Both the position numbers and the translations under genes were made by a program. DNA of 64,000 nucleotides from Selaginella moellendorffii (Eukaryota; Plantae; Lycopodiophyta), in the NCBI RefSeq assembly GCF_000143415.4, contig NW_003314355.1, positions 205,410 to 269,409 on the forward strand, in the 5' to 3' direction. Numbering within the stretch: the stretch's first letter is position 1; each line of letters begins with the position of its first letter. The notes beneath the pieces were generated by a model that did no database searches, had not been told where the DNA came from, and saw only the letters and a program-made list of their open reading frames with translations. This document shows positions 36,264-49,254 of the stretch, one piece after another.

Positions 36264-39200
36264 TGTAAGGAACCAACTCGCCGAGGTGTCGTAGGCTAAA
36301 GGAACCCCGAAAGCATGACCAAAATGACAAAGAGTTCATCGGATGGGACCAAGTCGAAGATCGAGTCCAAGACCGACTCTAGGACCGAGTTCGAGATAGA
36401 GTCCGGAATCGAGTCCGAGACCGACTCGGGGACCGAGTTCGAGTCCGAGTTCGAGACCGAGTTCGAGACGGAGTCCGAGATCCGAAATCGGGTCCGAGAC
36501 GGAGTCCGAGGTCGAGTCCGAGGTCGGGTCCGAGATCGGGTCCGAGATCGAGTCCGTGATCGAGTCCGAACCCGAATCCGAAGTCGGATCCGAAATCGGG
36601 TCCGAGATCGAGCCAGAGACTAAGTCCAAATACTAATACGGGTCAAGGGGTGAAAGCCCAAAGCGTGCGTCTCCCAGGGGGGGGGGGCTGCAGGGGGTTC
36701 CAAAAGTATAGTAGGGATAGTGAGGTCCAGGAACCAGTTTTGAAGGGACTCTCCAGTTGGGCTTCCAAACCGACTTGAGGTTGGGACTGGGACTAAGGGG
36801 CCTTGGGTGGGAGTGAGCATGGACTTGGCTGGTGCCGGAGGGGCCATCCAAGGAAGTGCTCAAGAGCAGCTCCCACTCCCGAAAGGGAAACCGATTGCGG
36901 TGCTCCCGGCTCATGTGGAGTGGTGCCCCACTTGAGTACCATGCGGCTCATTGGTCCTCGCCCTTCCTAGGGGCTTGGGCCTTCCTTCGGGACGGAAGTG
37001 GGGGGCGAGAGGTACCCATACCGGGCCGTTAGGCCACGGTGTTTCGCCCCGGCGTCCCGAAGCAAGTGTTGCACTCAAGACTTGGGATTTAGAGGGTCCC
37101 ATGATCAAGTCTTGTGGTACCAAGGGATGTTAGGAACCTGGAAGCTTGGTGTGCTTGGCTGCTTGTGCTTGCGGGGAGTGTAGCCGAACCTTAAGTCCAG
37201 TCTAACCCGGGGAGGGGGATTGGGAGTGATTTGGGAATCCGTGGAAGGATGGCTAACACTCCGTTGCTCGTGCAGTGAGTAGCTGAAACCAAGTAGGAGT
37301 TGGTACCATAGGCGAGAACCTTGGCAAGGGAACTTAGCAAAAGCCAAGGCAGTGTTGGACGGATAGACGAGGTAAGCTGGCAAATTAGAAAGGAAAAATT
37401 TGTGGCTTACAATTTGGTATCGGAGCCTTTATCTCAGTTCTAGCGAAGGATAGAGGCGGATTGCTGGGAGATGGCAAGGGCAGGGCGTAAGCGAACCCAG
37501 GCGGAGACGGAACCTCCGCCGGAGCTGGAGCCTCCGGTTGAACAAGAGGCTATGGATGAGGAATCCTTGCATGAGGAGGACTCCAGTGAGGAAACTTCCA
37601 AACAGGAGTCCGGTGGCGAGGTTCGGTCGTCCAAGGCTCGATTGGACGTGCTAGAAGGACAGTTGGCACAGACCAATGCCCTGCTGGAGACTCTCGTACG
37701 CAAGTTAAAGCGTGACGAGAAGCGGAAGAAAAAGCGAAAGACTGCGGATGCTGGCAGCGCAGAAGGTGCAGACCCTTCGGCAGGGATTGAGGCAAAACCA
37801 GACAAGGTCGAACAGACCGAAGTGGAATCAGTCCCTCAGGCAGTTCCCAAGTACAAACCAAAGCCCCCAACGGTGTTCAAGGGAGTGAACGACTATAAGG
37901 TTGTGGAGGATTGGTTTTACGATATGGAGGACTACTTCCGAGCGTTGCGGTTACCGAGCTCGGAGAAGGTCCCATGTGCAAAACCATACTTGGCAGATAA
38001 TGCCAAGTCTTGGTGGGGAACAACGGAGGCCAACGAAGGACCGGTGGCCACCTGGGACATGATGAAGGCGAGGATCCGCGCGACATACGTTCCTCCGAAT
38101 GCCACTCTGCATCTGAGAGATGAGCTGAGTAGGCTGAAGCAGACTGGAACCATCCAGGAATATGTGAATGGGTTCATGGCAAAGAGGATACTTGTCACGG
38201 ACATGGGGGATATGGATGCGTTCCATGCCTTTATATCAGGTTTGCAAACCTGGGCTCGCGGTGAGGTGATGCGCTGGAACCCGACCAACTACAAGGAAGC
38301 GTTGGATGCGGCCATCAAGGTGCATTTCAACGATAACCTGCGAAAGGGGAACACGACGGGGTCGGGATCCACGTTTCACAAAGGGGCCAAACCGAGGGGA
38401 ACATATAGCAAGGGGAAATTCAAGAAGAGTTTCTCTAAGAATGAGTCCTCGGGGTTCCGGAAAGGCAAATCCGGTGGCCAGCGAGCGAGTATGTGGGGAA
38501 GTCAAGCGAAAAAAGACAAACCCACGGATAAGAAGGTCAAGTCGTATAGCAGCGTGGGCAACAACGTATGCTACAACTGCGGCGAAGCGGGACACTTCTC
38601 AAGGGAATGTCCCTACCCGAAGAAGGCCAGAGCCAATATGGCCATCAAGTTGGGTGAAGTCCAAACTGAGGTATGTGATCCAGTCCCTAACTCAAAGTTA
38701 CTCATTACACGAGCAACTTTGGTAGAGAGTCGTTCGCGACATCTACTAGCCCTCCGAGGGAAGCTCGGAGGTAGCTTTGTTAAGATCCTTATTGACACGG
38801 GTGCTTCGGATAATTTTGTGGCTGCAGACATAGTCCGGCAAGCCGAACTAACGGTGCAGCGGCTAGGCGAACCAAGGACTATAGAGTTTGTTCAAGGTAG
38901 CCAAAGCACCGATGAGGTACTTCGACAAGCGAGAGTCGAAGTGGGGACATGGAAAGTGGACATGGATTTCACCGTCTTGGACATGGCGGGATTTGACGTG
39001 ATCTTCGGAATGGATTGGTTTAATCGGTTCGTGGTAGCCCTACATGGACAAGGTAGGAACCTTGTGGTATTGGCGAATGCCCAAGGAAGAAGATCTAGGG
39101 TGGAGGCCCAGGATCTAAAGGTAGGGCAAAGCAAGGCCAAAGAGTCATGCTTAAACCTGGTGTCCACGAGAGGACAACTCACTAAAGGAACTAAGGCAGC

Positions 39201-42200
39201 CTTTTTGTGCTTACTCTCGGTGAAGAGTGACAAAAAGACAAGAACGGAAGAAGTACCTTTAGTGATCCAGCAGGTGCTGGACCAATTCCAGGATACCATG
39301 CCAGAGGAGCTACCGGCGGGGTTGCCCCCCGCACGACCGATAGAACATAAGATTGAGCTGGTCGAGGGTGCTGAGGTGGTGGTTCGTCCACCCTATCGAT
39401 TGAACAAAAAAGAACTCAAGGAGCTCAAGAGCCAACTAGAGGAGTTGGTGGACAAAGGGTATGTTAGGTTGAGCAAGTCGCCGTATGGGGCGCCGGTGCT
39501 ATTTGTGAAAAAGAAAGATGGATCTATGCGCATGTGCATAGACTACCGGTTGCTCAACAAGTATACCAAGAAGAACAAGTACCCTTTGCCAAGGATCGAG
39601 GACCTGTTCGATAGGTTGGGAAAGGCAAAATACTTCTCGAGGATTGACCTAAGGTCAGGATACTACCAGATCAGGGTAGCTGAGGAAGATGTCGAGAAGA
39701 CAACCTGTCGAACGAGGTATGGGAGCTTTGAGTTTTTGGTGATGCCCTTTGGGCTGTGCAATGCGCCGGCAACGTTTTCGGCGTTGATGAACCACATCTT
39801 TGTACCCTATTTGGATCGCTTCGTGGTCGTCTATATTGACGACATCTTGATCTATAGCGAGACGCTAGAGGAGCATGCCGAACACTTGGCGAAGGTGTTT
39901 GAGAAACTAAGGGAACACAAACTGTATGCTAAAGAGAGCAAATGTGACTTTGCTCAACAAGAGGTAAAGTTTCTCGGGCATGTGGTGGGCCAGGACGGGC
40001 TCAAGGTGGACCCGGAGAAGGTCCAAGCGATCCAGGAATGGGAACGACCATCGAATGTACATGAGTTGAGGGCGTTCCTGGGGCTATGCAACTACTATCG
40101 AAAGTTTATCAGACACTATTCGAGAGTAGCCCTGCCCTTAACGGACCAAACAGGAAAAGGGAAGATGGTATGGACAGCGGAATGCGAGGCGGCATTCGTC
40201 CACCTCAAAGGGAAGTTGAGGAAGGCTCTGGTGTTGGCATTACCAGACTTTGGTAAGGACTTTGAGGTAGACACGGATGCTTCGGACTTTGCGTTGGGCG
40301 CAGTTTTGAAGCAAGACAACCATCCAGTAGCGTTCTTCTCGAAGAAGCTGGACAAGGCTCAACGGAAGTGGCCTGCCCACGAGAAGGAATTGTTTGCGGT
40401 GGTCAAGGCGCTCAAGGAGTGGCGACACTACCTTGGGAGACACTTCAAGGTTTACACGGACAATGTAGCAACGAAACACTTCTTGTCACAGCCCGACCTA
40501 AGGGGAAAACAAGGTCGGTGGGCCAATGCTTTGGCCGAGTTTGATTGCGAGATCCTGTACAAGCCTGGGAAGAGCAACATCGTGGCAGATGCGCTAAGTC
40601 GAAAAGCGAGCTTGAAGTTGGCGATATCTAGCGCGACAGCAACCTTTTGGGACGATGTGCGGACCGCATACGAGAGTGATGGTCTAGCACAAGAAGTGTT
40701 GCTGAGGAATCTGGAGGCGCGGGAAGCTCACCAGAGAGGTGAGCTGCCAACGGAAGAGAAAACGGGCTATGCGGAACGCAACGGACTCATATATTACAAG
40801 CAAACGAGGGTGTATGTTCCAGAAGGGGAACTAAGGAAAGTAGCCTTGGAAGAGTGTCATGACGGACCTCTTGCGGGACACGGCGGAGTGCCCAAGACGA
40901 TGGGCTTACTCAAAAGGAAGTATCACTGGCCGGATATGGCTAAGGACGTCCAAGACTACGTAAAGACATGTCCAACATGTCAGCAGGTCAAAGCCGTGAC
41001 GAAGGCTAGTGGGGGCTTGTTGCAAAGCATCCCCATTCCAGATCGTCCGTGGAAATGTCTCACGATGGACTTCATCACGGGACTACCCCCAAGCGAGGGG
41101 TTCGATGCGATATTCGTGGTGGTGGACCGATTTTCAAAGATGGCACATTTCATACCCACCACAACGGATGTGGATGCGGAAGGTGTGGCGAAGCTGTTCT
41201 TCGAACAAGTGGTTCGAGTGCGGGGAAGGCCGGAAGAGATTATCTCAGATCGAGATAAGATCTTCACCAGTAGGTTCTGGAGGACACTCCTAGAACAGTA
41301 TCGCACCAAGTTGAAATTCAGCACGGCCTATCACCCACAGACAGGTAATGGGTATTGAGTCAAGATTGAGGGCACTAACACTTCTTGACAGACGGACAAA
41401 CGGAAAGGGTGAATAGGCAGCTGGAGGATTATTTGCGATGCTATGTCTCGGGAGACCAGACCGACTGGGTAAGTCATCTGGGACTTGCGGAAATGTGTTA
41501 TAACAACTCACCACATTCGAGCATCGGGGTGAGTCCATGGGAAGTCATCAATGGGCGAGCTATTGAAGGTCCTGTGGAACTCGGCGTGGCCGAGTATCAT
41601 GGAGAGTTACCCGCAGTGGAGGCATTCACGGCGGAAAGACTCAACATTTGGAATCTAGTGAGGGATTCCTTGGAACGAGCTCAACAAAGGCAAACCAAGT
41701 ACGCGAACCTAAAGCGCCGGGATGTAGAGTTCCAAGCTGGGGAGAAGGTGTGGCTGAACACCAAGAACCTTAGGCTACCAAGTGGGATCAGCCGAAAGTT
41801 GACCCAAAGGTAAAAATGCATGTATTCCTGTAAATGAATTGATCTTGAGTTCCTTAAGCAGGTTCGCGGGGCCTTACGAGATTGAGGCACGAATCGGTAA
41901 AGTGGCTTACCGACTCCGACTTCCTCGAGAGATGGGGAAGATGCACCCAGTGTTCCATGTGAACTTACTCAAGCCGTACTTTGAGGATCCGCTTCGCAAG
42001 GACCAAGTAAGACCTTTACCTGAGGTTATCCAAGGGGAAGAGGAATACGAAGTCGAGGCCATCCTCAATGCACGCAAGAGCAAGCGACAAGGACGCGAGG
42101 GGAGAGAGTTCCATGTGAAGTGGAAAGGATTTCCACACTGCGAAGCAACATGGGAACCGGAGGAGAACCTAGCGAACGCGCGAGATCTAGTGGAGGAATT

Positions 42201-43796
42201 TCTGCAAGGCAGAACTCTATGTACTTATGCAAAGTTCAATTAAAAATATATCAATTTGCAAAGTTGAGCAAGTGGCATATGTTGGGACCCGAAGGCGCGC
42301 CGAAGGTGAGCTAATTAGCATGGGTTAGCTAGGTCGACCAGGCATAGGGAGCTACGCCCGACTCCCTGCGGGGATGTCGAAACCGTAGACGTATTCTACG
42401 GAGGTTGGGTTCGAGTCCCAACCCCCTAGTAAAGCAAGGCTGGGTTCAAGTCCCGACCCTATACTAGGACGTGGTGAGGGGAGGAGTATAGGGACACCTA
42501 TATTCCGTTGTCATGGGCTCTTGGCCGGGGAGGCTAACTTAGGCACACCGCTAAGTGGGGGGATGCCCCCGGAGACATGGTCAACAAGTCGTAGGATAAA
42601 ATGAGACGTTCGATGTGGGCATCGAACTTCTTCTATGGGTGGTGGAGTTGTAAGGAACCAACTCGCCGAGGTGTCGTAGGCTAAAGGAACCCCGAAAGCA
42701 TGACCAAAATGACAAAGAGTTCATCGGATGGGACCAAGTCGAAGATCGAGTCCAAGACCGACTCTAGGACCGAGTTCGAGATAGAGTCCGGAATCGAGTC
42801 CGAGACCGACTCGGGGACCGAGTTCGAGTCCGAGTTCGAGACCGAGTTCGAGACGGAGTCCGAGATCCGAAATCGGGTCCGAGACGGAGTCCGAGGTCGA
42901 GTCCGAGGTCGGGTCCGAGATCGGGTCCGAGATCGAGTCCGTGATCGAGTCCGAACCCGAATCCGAAGTCGGATCCGAAATCGGGTCCGAGATCGAGCCA
43001 GAGACTAAGTCCAAATACTAATACGGGTCAAGGGGTGAAAGCCCAAAGCGTGCGTCTCCCAGGGGGGGGGGGCTGCAGGGGGTTCCAAAAGTATAGTAGG
43101 GATAGTGAGGTCCAGGAACCAGTTTTGAAGGGACTCTCCAGTTGGGCTTCCAAACCGACTTGAGGTTGGGACTGGGACTAAGGGGCCTTGGGTGGGAGTG
43201 AGCATGGACTTGGCTGGTGCCGGAGGGGCCATCCAAGGAAGTGCTCAAGAGCAGCTCCCACTCCCGAAAGGGAAACCGATTGCAGTGCTCCCGGCTCATG
43301 TGGAGTGGTGCCCCACTTGAGTACCATGCGGCTCATTGGTCCTCGCCCTTCCTAGGGGCTTGGGCCTTCCTTCGGGACGGAAGTGGGGGGCGAGAGGTAC
43401 CCATACCGGGCCGTTAGGCCACGGTGTTTCGCCCCGGCGTCCCGAAGCAAGTGTTGCACTCAAGACTTGGGATTTAGAGGGTCCCATGATCAAGTCTTGT
43501 GGTACCAAGGGATGTTAGGAACCTGGAAGCTTGGTGTGCTTGGCTGCTTGTGCTTGCGGGGAGTGTAGCCGAACCTTAAGTCCAGTCTAACCCGGGGAGG
43601 GGGATTGGGAGTGATTTGGGAATCCGTGGAAGGATGGCTAACACTCCGTTGCTCGTGCAGTGAGTAGCTGAAACCAAGTAGGAGTTGGTACCATAGGCGA
43701 GAACCTTGGCAAGGGAACTTAGCAAAAGCCAAGGCAGTGTTGGACGGATAGACGAGGTAAGCTGGCAAATTGGAAAGGAAAAATTTGTGGCTTACA
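36264..43796 (+). mobile_element. Full-length young Ty3/gypsy chromovirus (family B)
   Basis: LTRs 36264-37411 and 42649-43796 (1,148 bp; I spotted only about 2 substitutions); TSD ATCGA (36259-36263, 43797-43801); PBS 37415-37426; PPT to 42648. Confidence 0.98.
37471..42243 (+). CDS. Gag-Pol polyprotein (Gag, CCHC, protease, RT, RNase H, integrase, chromodomain); exons 37471-41344, 41392-41809, 41862-42243
   Basis: [33 protein letters not shown] zinc site, [13 protein letters not shown]; splicing restores HPQTDGQTER and KLTQRFAGPY; chromodomain YEVEAIL...VKWKGF...TWEPEENL. Confidence 0.93.
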
Positions 43797-46077
43797 ATCG
43801 ACTGGCTGATGCTCCCAGTCCAAGTGTGGGTGGCACTACCTACTTGGATACCTGGTGTGGCTCAACGGAACCCGCTCTAAGCCCATGGCTAGAGCACCCA
43901 AGGGCAGACGGCGAGGAGAGTACCCAAGTGGCTCGCGTAAGGCCACGGTGTTCCGAAATGTTGTCCCAAAGGCCCAGACTGTGGAAAGGAAGAGGAGCAG
44001 TCCTCTGGGGTAGTGACCAAGGACACAGTCGTGTGGTGAGGAAGTCCCAGAGGACCGTGGGACTTAGTGGTCGGGCCTATGGGTCTCAATCCAGTGGCAG
44101 TGTTGGCAAACACGGCCAGGGGCAGGAAGGGACTTAGTGGGGACTGACAGAGGGATATTGGGGAAGGCTATTCCCCTTGTCGGTGGGCATCCTAAGGATG
44201 CTAAGGAGTGGATCTGAGATGACCACTCACGGATGGTTTGCCTAGTCTTGGAGAGCCAAGACGGTGATGCAAGTGGTATTGGACTACCAGTGTGGCAAAG
44301 GTGATTGGGCATGGCCTTAGCGTAATGGGCTGCTATATCAGTGGTACCTTCAAGTGTCGGTCATGGGATCGGACACGTGGACCACTTGGACCAAGTGCAA
44401 ATGTTGAGTGGCATGGATGCCATTCTCGGGGCTAGCAAGTCCCAAGTCCTGGATTGGACTTATGGAGGTTGTGAATAAGACTCCTCCAAGTGGTCAGAGG
44501 TGTGGTTAAGTGACTAAAGTAGAATGGAAAATTTAGTCACTTACAGATGAGTACGGCAGGAGGAGCTGATGGTGTGGAGACACCAAATGTGCCAAGGTGT
44601 GATACCTTGAGGCTATGTTGGTGGGTTCATGAGAACCCCTTGCCAAAGGAATCCCAATGGAAATGGGAATGGCATAGCCTAAGCTGCAGAGCATGCAGTT
44701 GGAGTGTGGTGACCCAGATAATGGAGGTGTGAAAGCACCAAACAATGAGTTGTAGGACTTGACAACTATGAGGCAACTAAGCAAGAGGTGCAAAATAATT
44801 GGTTGAACGGGTAGAAGGTAGCTACCCAAGACTTCTTAATAGCATAGGGAAGTCAGATACACCCTTACGGGGGATAAGTTGCTTGTGTTGCGATATAGAA
44901 AGACAATGTCATAAAAGGAAATACTCATTGTCAAGAAAGCCATCATTGGGACACCCGAACACTCTAGAACACCAGAAGGTGGTGTTTGATGTCGCGAGGG
45001 CAATGGATAAAGCCCAAGGGACTAAGTCCCTAGCGAATGATGTATAGAAGGTGCTATCCAAATGTCCAAGGTTGCGAAGACAGGAGAGGACTGTCTACCC
45101 GAGTTGGACAAAGCCAAAAATGGAATTTTGGCAAGGCTAGTGATGGGCATGTAAAGGCCCATAAGCAACAATGTAATCCCAGTGTGTGGGATTATAAGGT
45201 GAGCATACCCGGATTGAGGAACCACTCCTTAGGCTATTGGGTAGGTTCATCCCTAAGAATACTTGCTAAGGCATGATAGAAAGTGCAAAGCTATCCTCCT
45301 GGTCTGGAGGAGAATAACCAAAGGAAACATATGGGGCCAAAAGGCAAGTAGTATTGGGATGGAATTGAACCATAGAAATCGAAGGGCATAACCAAGGTTG
45401 GTTATGCCAGCTGGGAGTGGAGAATCAAGTGGGGGCTCGAGGGTGTTGCCGCTAGCAACCGTGATGCCATGGAGAGTCTAAAATATGGAAATGTTAGACT
45501 ATGTGGCAATTGGAAAGCTTGCAAAAAGGGAGGCCTTAGCAAGCTAAGTGATAGAGTTCCTTCAAGGTTCCCAAAGACGATTCTAGGCAGCTTAGTACCT
45601 AGAAAGGCCAAGTGTAAATGGTTCATAGAACGCGCGAAATCAAAGTGGCGCAGCAGAAGCGTGGTCTTGAAGGTTAGGGAAGTAGTTCCCGAGTGTTCAA
45701 AGAGAGGGCTTTGAACGAAAGTTGATGGTTAGGGACTTCCATGCTTATGCATGAACCATGTTACGGTGGCCGGATGACTTGCTAAGTGAGATTGGCAAGT
45801 TGGGGGGAACAAATACCCTAGTTGAAGGTGCTAACTTCAAAAAGGGTGGCCCATGGGGCCAAGCATGGAGGAGCCCATGCATGATCACAGATATGTCAAG
45901 TGAGAGGACTTGGCAGTGTGGGGGAACTAGGTTCCTAAGCTGTGATCTGTAGCGCGCTTTAAAAATAAGTTGGTGCACCGGCGTGGGGAGTCACGCCAGG
46001 CATCCTGGGTGATGCCGTCCGTAGATGCATATACGGAGGTTGGGTTCGAGTCCCGACCCTCTAGTGCTTGGGTTCGA

Positions 46078-46412
46078 TGAAACGTGTATGTACATTCCCC
46101 AATGTCCCGTAGGGACTAATACAAAAATTGGGCATGCTGCCCAAAGCTCATGCTACCTAGTGGTGATCTCCCTCATCTAAAGTGAGACTAGGCCTGCAGT
46201 AGAAGCGGCTGCGGTTGTCTCCGTCGTATCTCGTCCAGATCCACGTCCCCCCTTCGTGCTGACCGCAAGATCGACTCCGGGGGGCGAACCTCCTTGTGAT
46301 CTCCTCTACCAAAACATGGCAGCCATGCTTTTTGCCACTCCTCGAGCCTCTCGAGCTTCCCCCTGTCCCGGAGGATAGCATGGTGAAGCCGTATTGCCGC
46401 CAGTGTAAGTCT
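46078..46412 (-). mobile_element. 5'-truncated LINE 3' fragment (335 bp)
   Basis: 19-bp TSD CTCTAGTGCTTGGGTTCGA (46059-46077, 46413-46431); terminus similar to the insert at 48786. Confidence 0.85.
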
Positions 46413-48626
46413 CTCTAGTGCTTGGGTTCGAGTCCCAAATCACTAGTGCGTGGTGATGGTTTGGAATATGAGGACACTCATATTTCGGTGGTCATGGACT
46501 CTCAGTGGGGAGACTGGTTTGGGCACACCGCCAAGCGAGGGATGCCTCGGAGTCGTGATGCACGGTTAGATTGCTTAGTGTGAAAGCTCAGCATATCTAA
46601 CTTGAACGCTTTGGTGCAAGTGGCACCAAAGACGTGGTGAGTGAGATGGGGACACCTAATCTCAGTTGCTATAGACCCTTGGCCGGAAGGGCTGGCTTGG
46701 GCGCACCGCCAAGTGTGGGGGATGCCCCCGGGGTCGTAGTTAACAAGTTAAAGGTCTGGGAGACCTAGTACCTATTGGCAAACCTGTTAAGGTGCCGAGG
46801 TGAGATCACTAGGTGATTTTGTGGCTAAATAAGGACAAGGTCCTTGTTTGGGTTAAGGAATAAAGTTCCTAGTTCAAAGTGTTGATTTGAACTATTGATG
46901 ATGGTGTGGCTTGGTCAAGGTGACCAAGTGGTAAAAGCACCATAGGGAAATGAGCTATGTCATTGCGATGGCATAGTGTGTCCAAGGAAAGTAGTCTCTA
47001 AAGAGACCCATGAGAGGGTCACAAAGTTGGGCCAAGGATAGAGCCCACAACAGAAGATGCTAAAAGAGACTTACTAGGGGCGAACACCCTAGTCTTGGCA
47101 AAGCAGAGCCTTTGCTATGGAATCAAAAGAATACCTCAAGGAGGGAGGTAGAGATTCGATGTTGCTTGGTGCAACAATCAACGGATAGGAGCAAAAGATG
47201 AGTGGCCAAGATAGGGCCGTGGAATCCCTTGGAAGGAATCCAAGTGACAAAGTTAGGCGAGGAACACTAATGTGTTGGACGCTAACAAATTGCGGGAAAG
47301 GAAGTGTGTTTCCAAGGATGAATTCCGAATTGCTCCGATTTGGCGAAAGTGGAAGCTCCAAGGGAGGGAGCGGTAAGGTAGCCAAATGATAGAGCGATGG
47401 ACAACCCTAGCACAAAGTGTGATAAATGGAACTTAGTGCCCAAGGTGGCACGAAATAGAAGAGAGGATGATGGTGCCCTCAAGTAATGAACTTCCTAAGA
47501 TAGGGAAGTGGAGTTGCACATTCTGTGCAACACAAAGTGTTGGAGACACCTAGGAAATTGACTTCCAAAAGTCAAAAGAGTAAAAGTTCCAAGGTGCAAA
47601 CATTCAATAGATGGAAATTGAGACTACTCGAGGAGTAGTGGGATTGACTTAGAGAAGGGTCTCTAAGAGGTTTAGCGAGAACTAAACCAATAAAAGGAGA
47701 GAACCACTACATGTGGTCCAATCAGTCTCTAAGTTGGAGAGACTACCATCCTTAGAGGATAGGCAAGGCATGGTGAGCCTTTGGTGTCAAACTATTGAGG
47801 CATATGCAAAAGGCATGGTGAGCCTTCAATGTCAAACCCTTGACAAATATTGGCTAGGTGCCAAGGATGGAAATGGTAACATATGCGAGTGTTACTTTAC
47901 AAAATGGTTTACCGTTCGATAAGGACATCGAACTTCGTCTATGGGTGGTGGAGTTGTGAGACACAAAATCCCTAGGCCCCAAAGTGGAGCCGGAAAGGGT
48001 GCCACGTGGTAGTGGCTGAAGCGAGAGCCAAACGAGCGTAACACGTTTGGACCAAAAGCTCCGACTTGAAAAGTCAAGAGTGGGAGTGGAACTCCCAACA
48101 AAGTGCTCGAGGAACGAGCACGAAGCGAGCAAAAAGCGAGGCTCCAAAAAAAGGCCCAAAAGGACCAACACATGACACGTGGAAGTGTCCGAGATGGACT
48201 CGAGTTGGAGTCCGAAGTGGAGTCCGAGATGGACCCGAGTTGGAGTCCGAAGTGGAGTCCGAGATGGACCCGAGATGGAGTCCGAGATGGAGTCCGAAAT
48301 GGAGTCCGAGGTGGACCCGAGATGGACCCGAAATGGAGTCCGAGATGGACCCGAGATGGAGTCCGAGATGGAGTCCGAGATGGAGTCCGAGGTGGACCTG
48401 AGATGGACCCGAAATGGAGTCCGAGATGGAGTCCGAGATGGAGTCCGAGGTGGACCCGAGATGGACCCGAAATGGAGTCCGAGATGGAGTCCGAGATGGA
48501 CCCGAGATGGAGTCCGAGATGGACCCGAGATGGAGTCCGAGATGGACCCGAGATGGAGTCCGAGATGGAGTCCGAGATGGAGTCCGAAGTCGAGACCAAG
48601 ACCGGGACCGAGACCAAGACCGAGAA

Positions 48627-48673
<47 letters not shown>

Positions 48674-48785
48674 TCGGGACCGAGAACGAGACCAAGGCCA
48701 AGGCCGAGACCGAGACCGAGCCCGAGCCCGAGTCCGAGTCCGAATCCGAGTCCGAGTCCGAGTCCGAGTCCGAGTTCGAGTTCGA

Positions 48786-49254
48786 TGCAACGTGTATGTA
48801 CATTTCTCCAAGTCCCTTAGGGACTGATACAAAAAACAAGAATCCCTTAGCGCTGTTCACTCACCTACGCTGTCCTGCAATTCTCCACCTAATAGTGATC
48901 ACTGCCCTCCAATCGTGGCTGCTGTGGTCGTCGCCTCCGCAGTGCATCTAGTGCTAGATCGCCACGTCGAGCCTCCTTTGTTACCGTGTCCAAAGGTCTC
49001 CATTTCCACTTGACCTCCCCCTCGTGTTCAGTTCCGTAGCACGGAATCCATAGTCGTCGCCAAGCTGTGAGTGCCTCCCTGTTTTTCCCATGCTCCTGGA
49101 GCAGCGTATCCCTCAAGCGGATAGCAGCCAGTGTGAGCCTCCACCAATTCGCCATGATCACTGAAATCCGAGCGCACTGCCCTTCGAATTGGTTGCGGTT
49201 ACGAGCCTCCCAGAGTGCCTGTACCCCGGAAGCCCGCCATACCTCCCATCTCGC
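48786..49254 (-). mobile_element. 5'-truncated LINE 3' fragment (469 bp)
   Basis: 16-bp TSD CCGAGTTCGAGTTCGA (48770-48785, 49255-49270); encodes ALWEARNRNQFEG...WKWRP, similar to the ORF2 C-terminus VWKARCNRIFND...WMWTP. Confidence 0.9.

Noticed and set aside
42208-42330. Possible third intron after the chromodomain
   Set aside because: The stretch is AT-rich, but no donor/acceptor pair could be validated by a restored motif.
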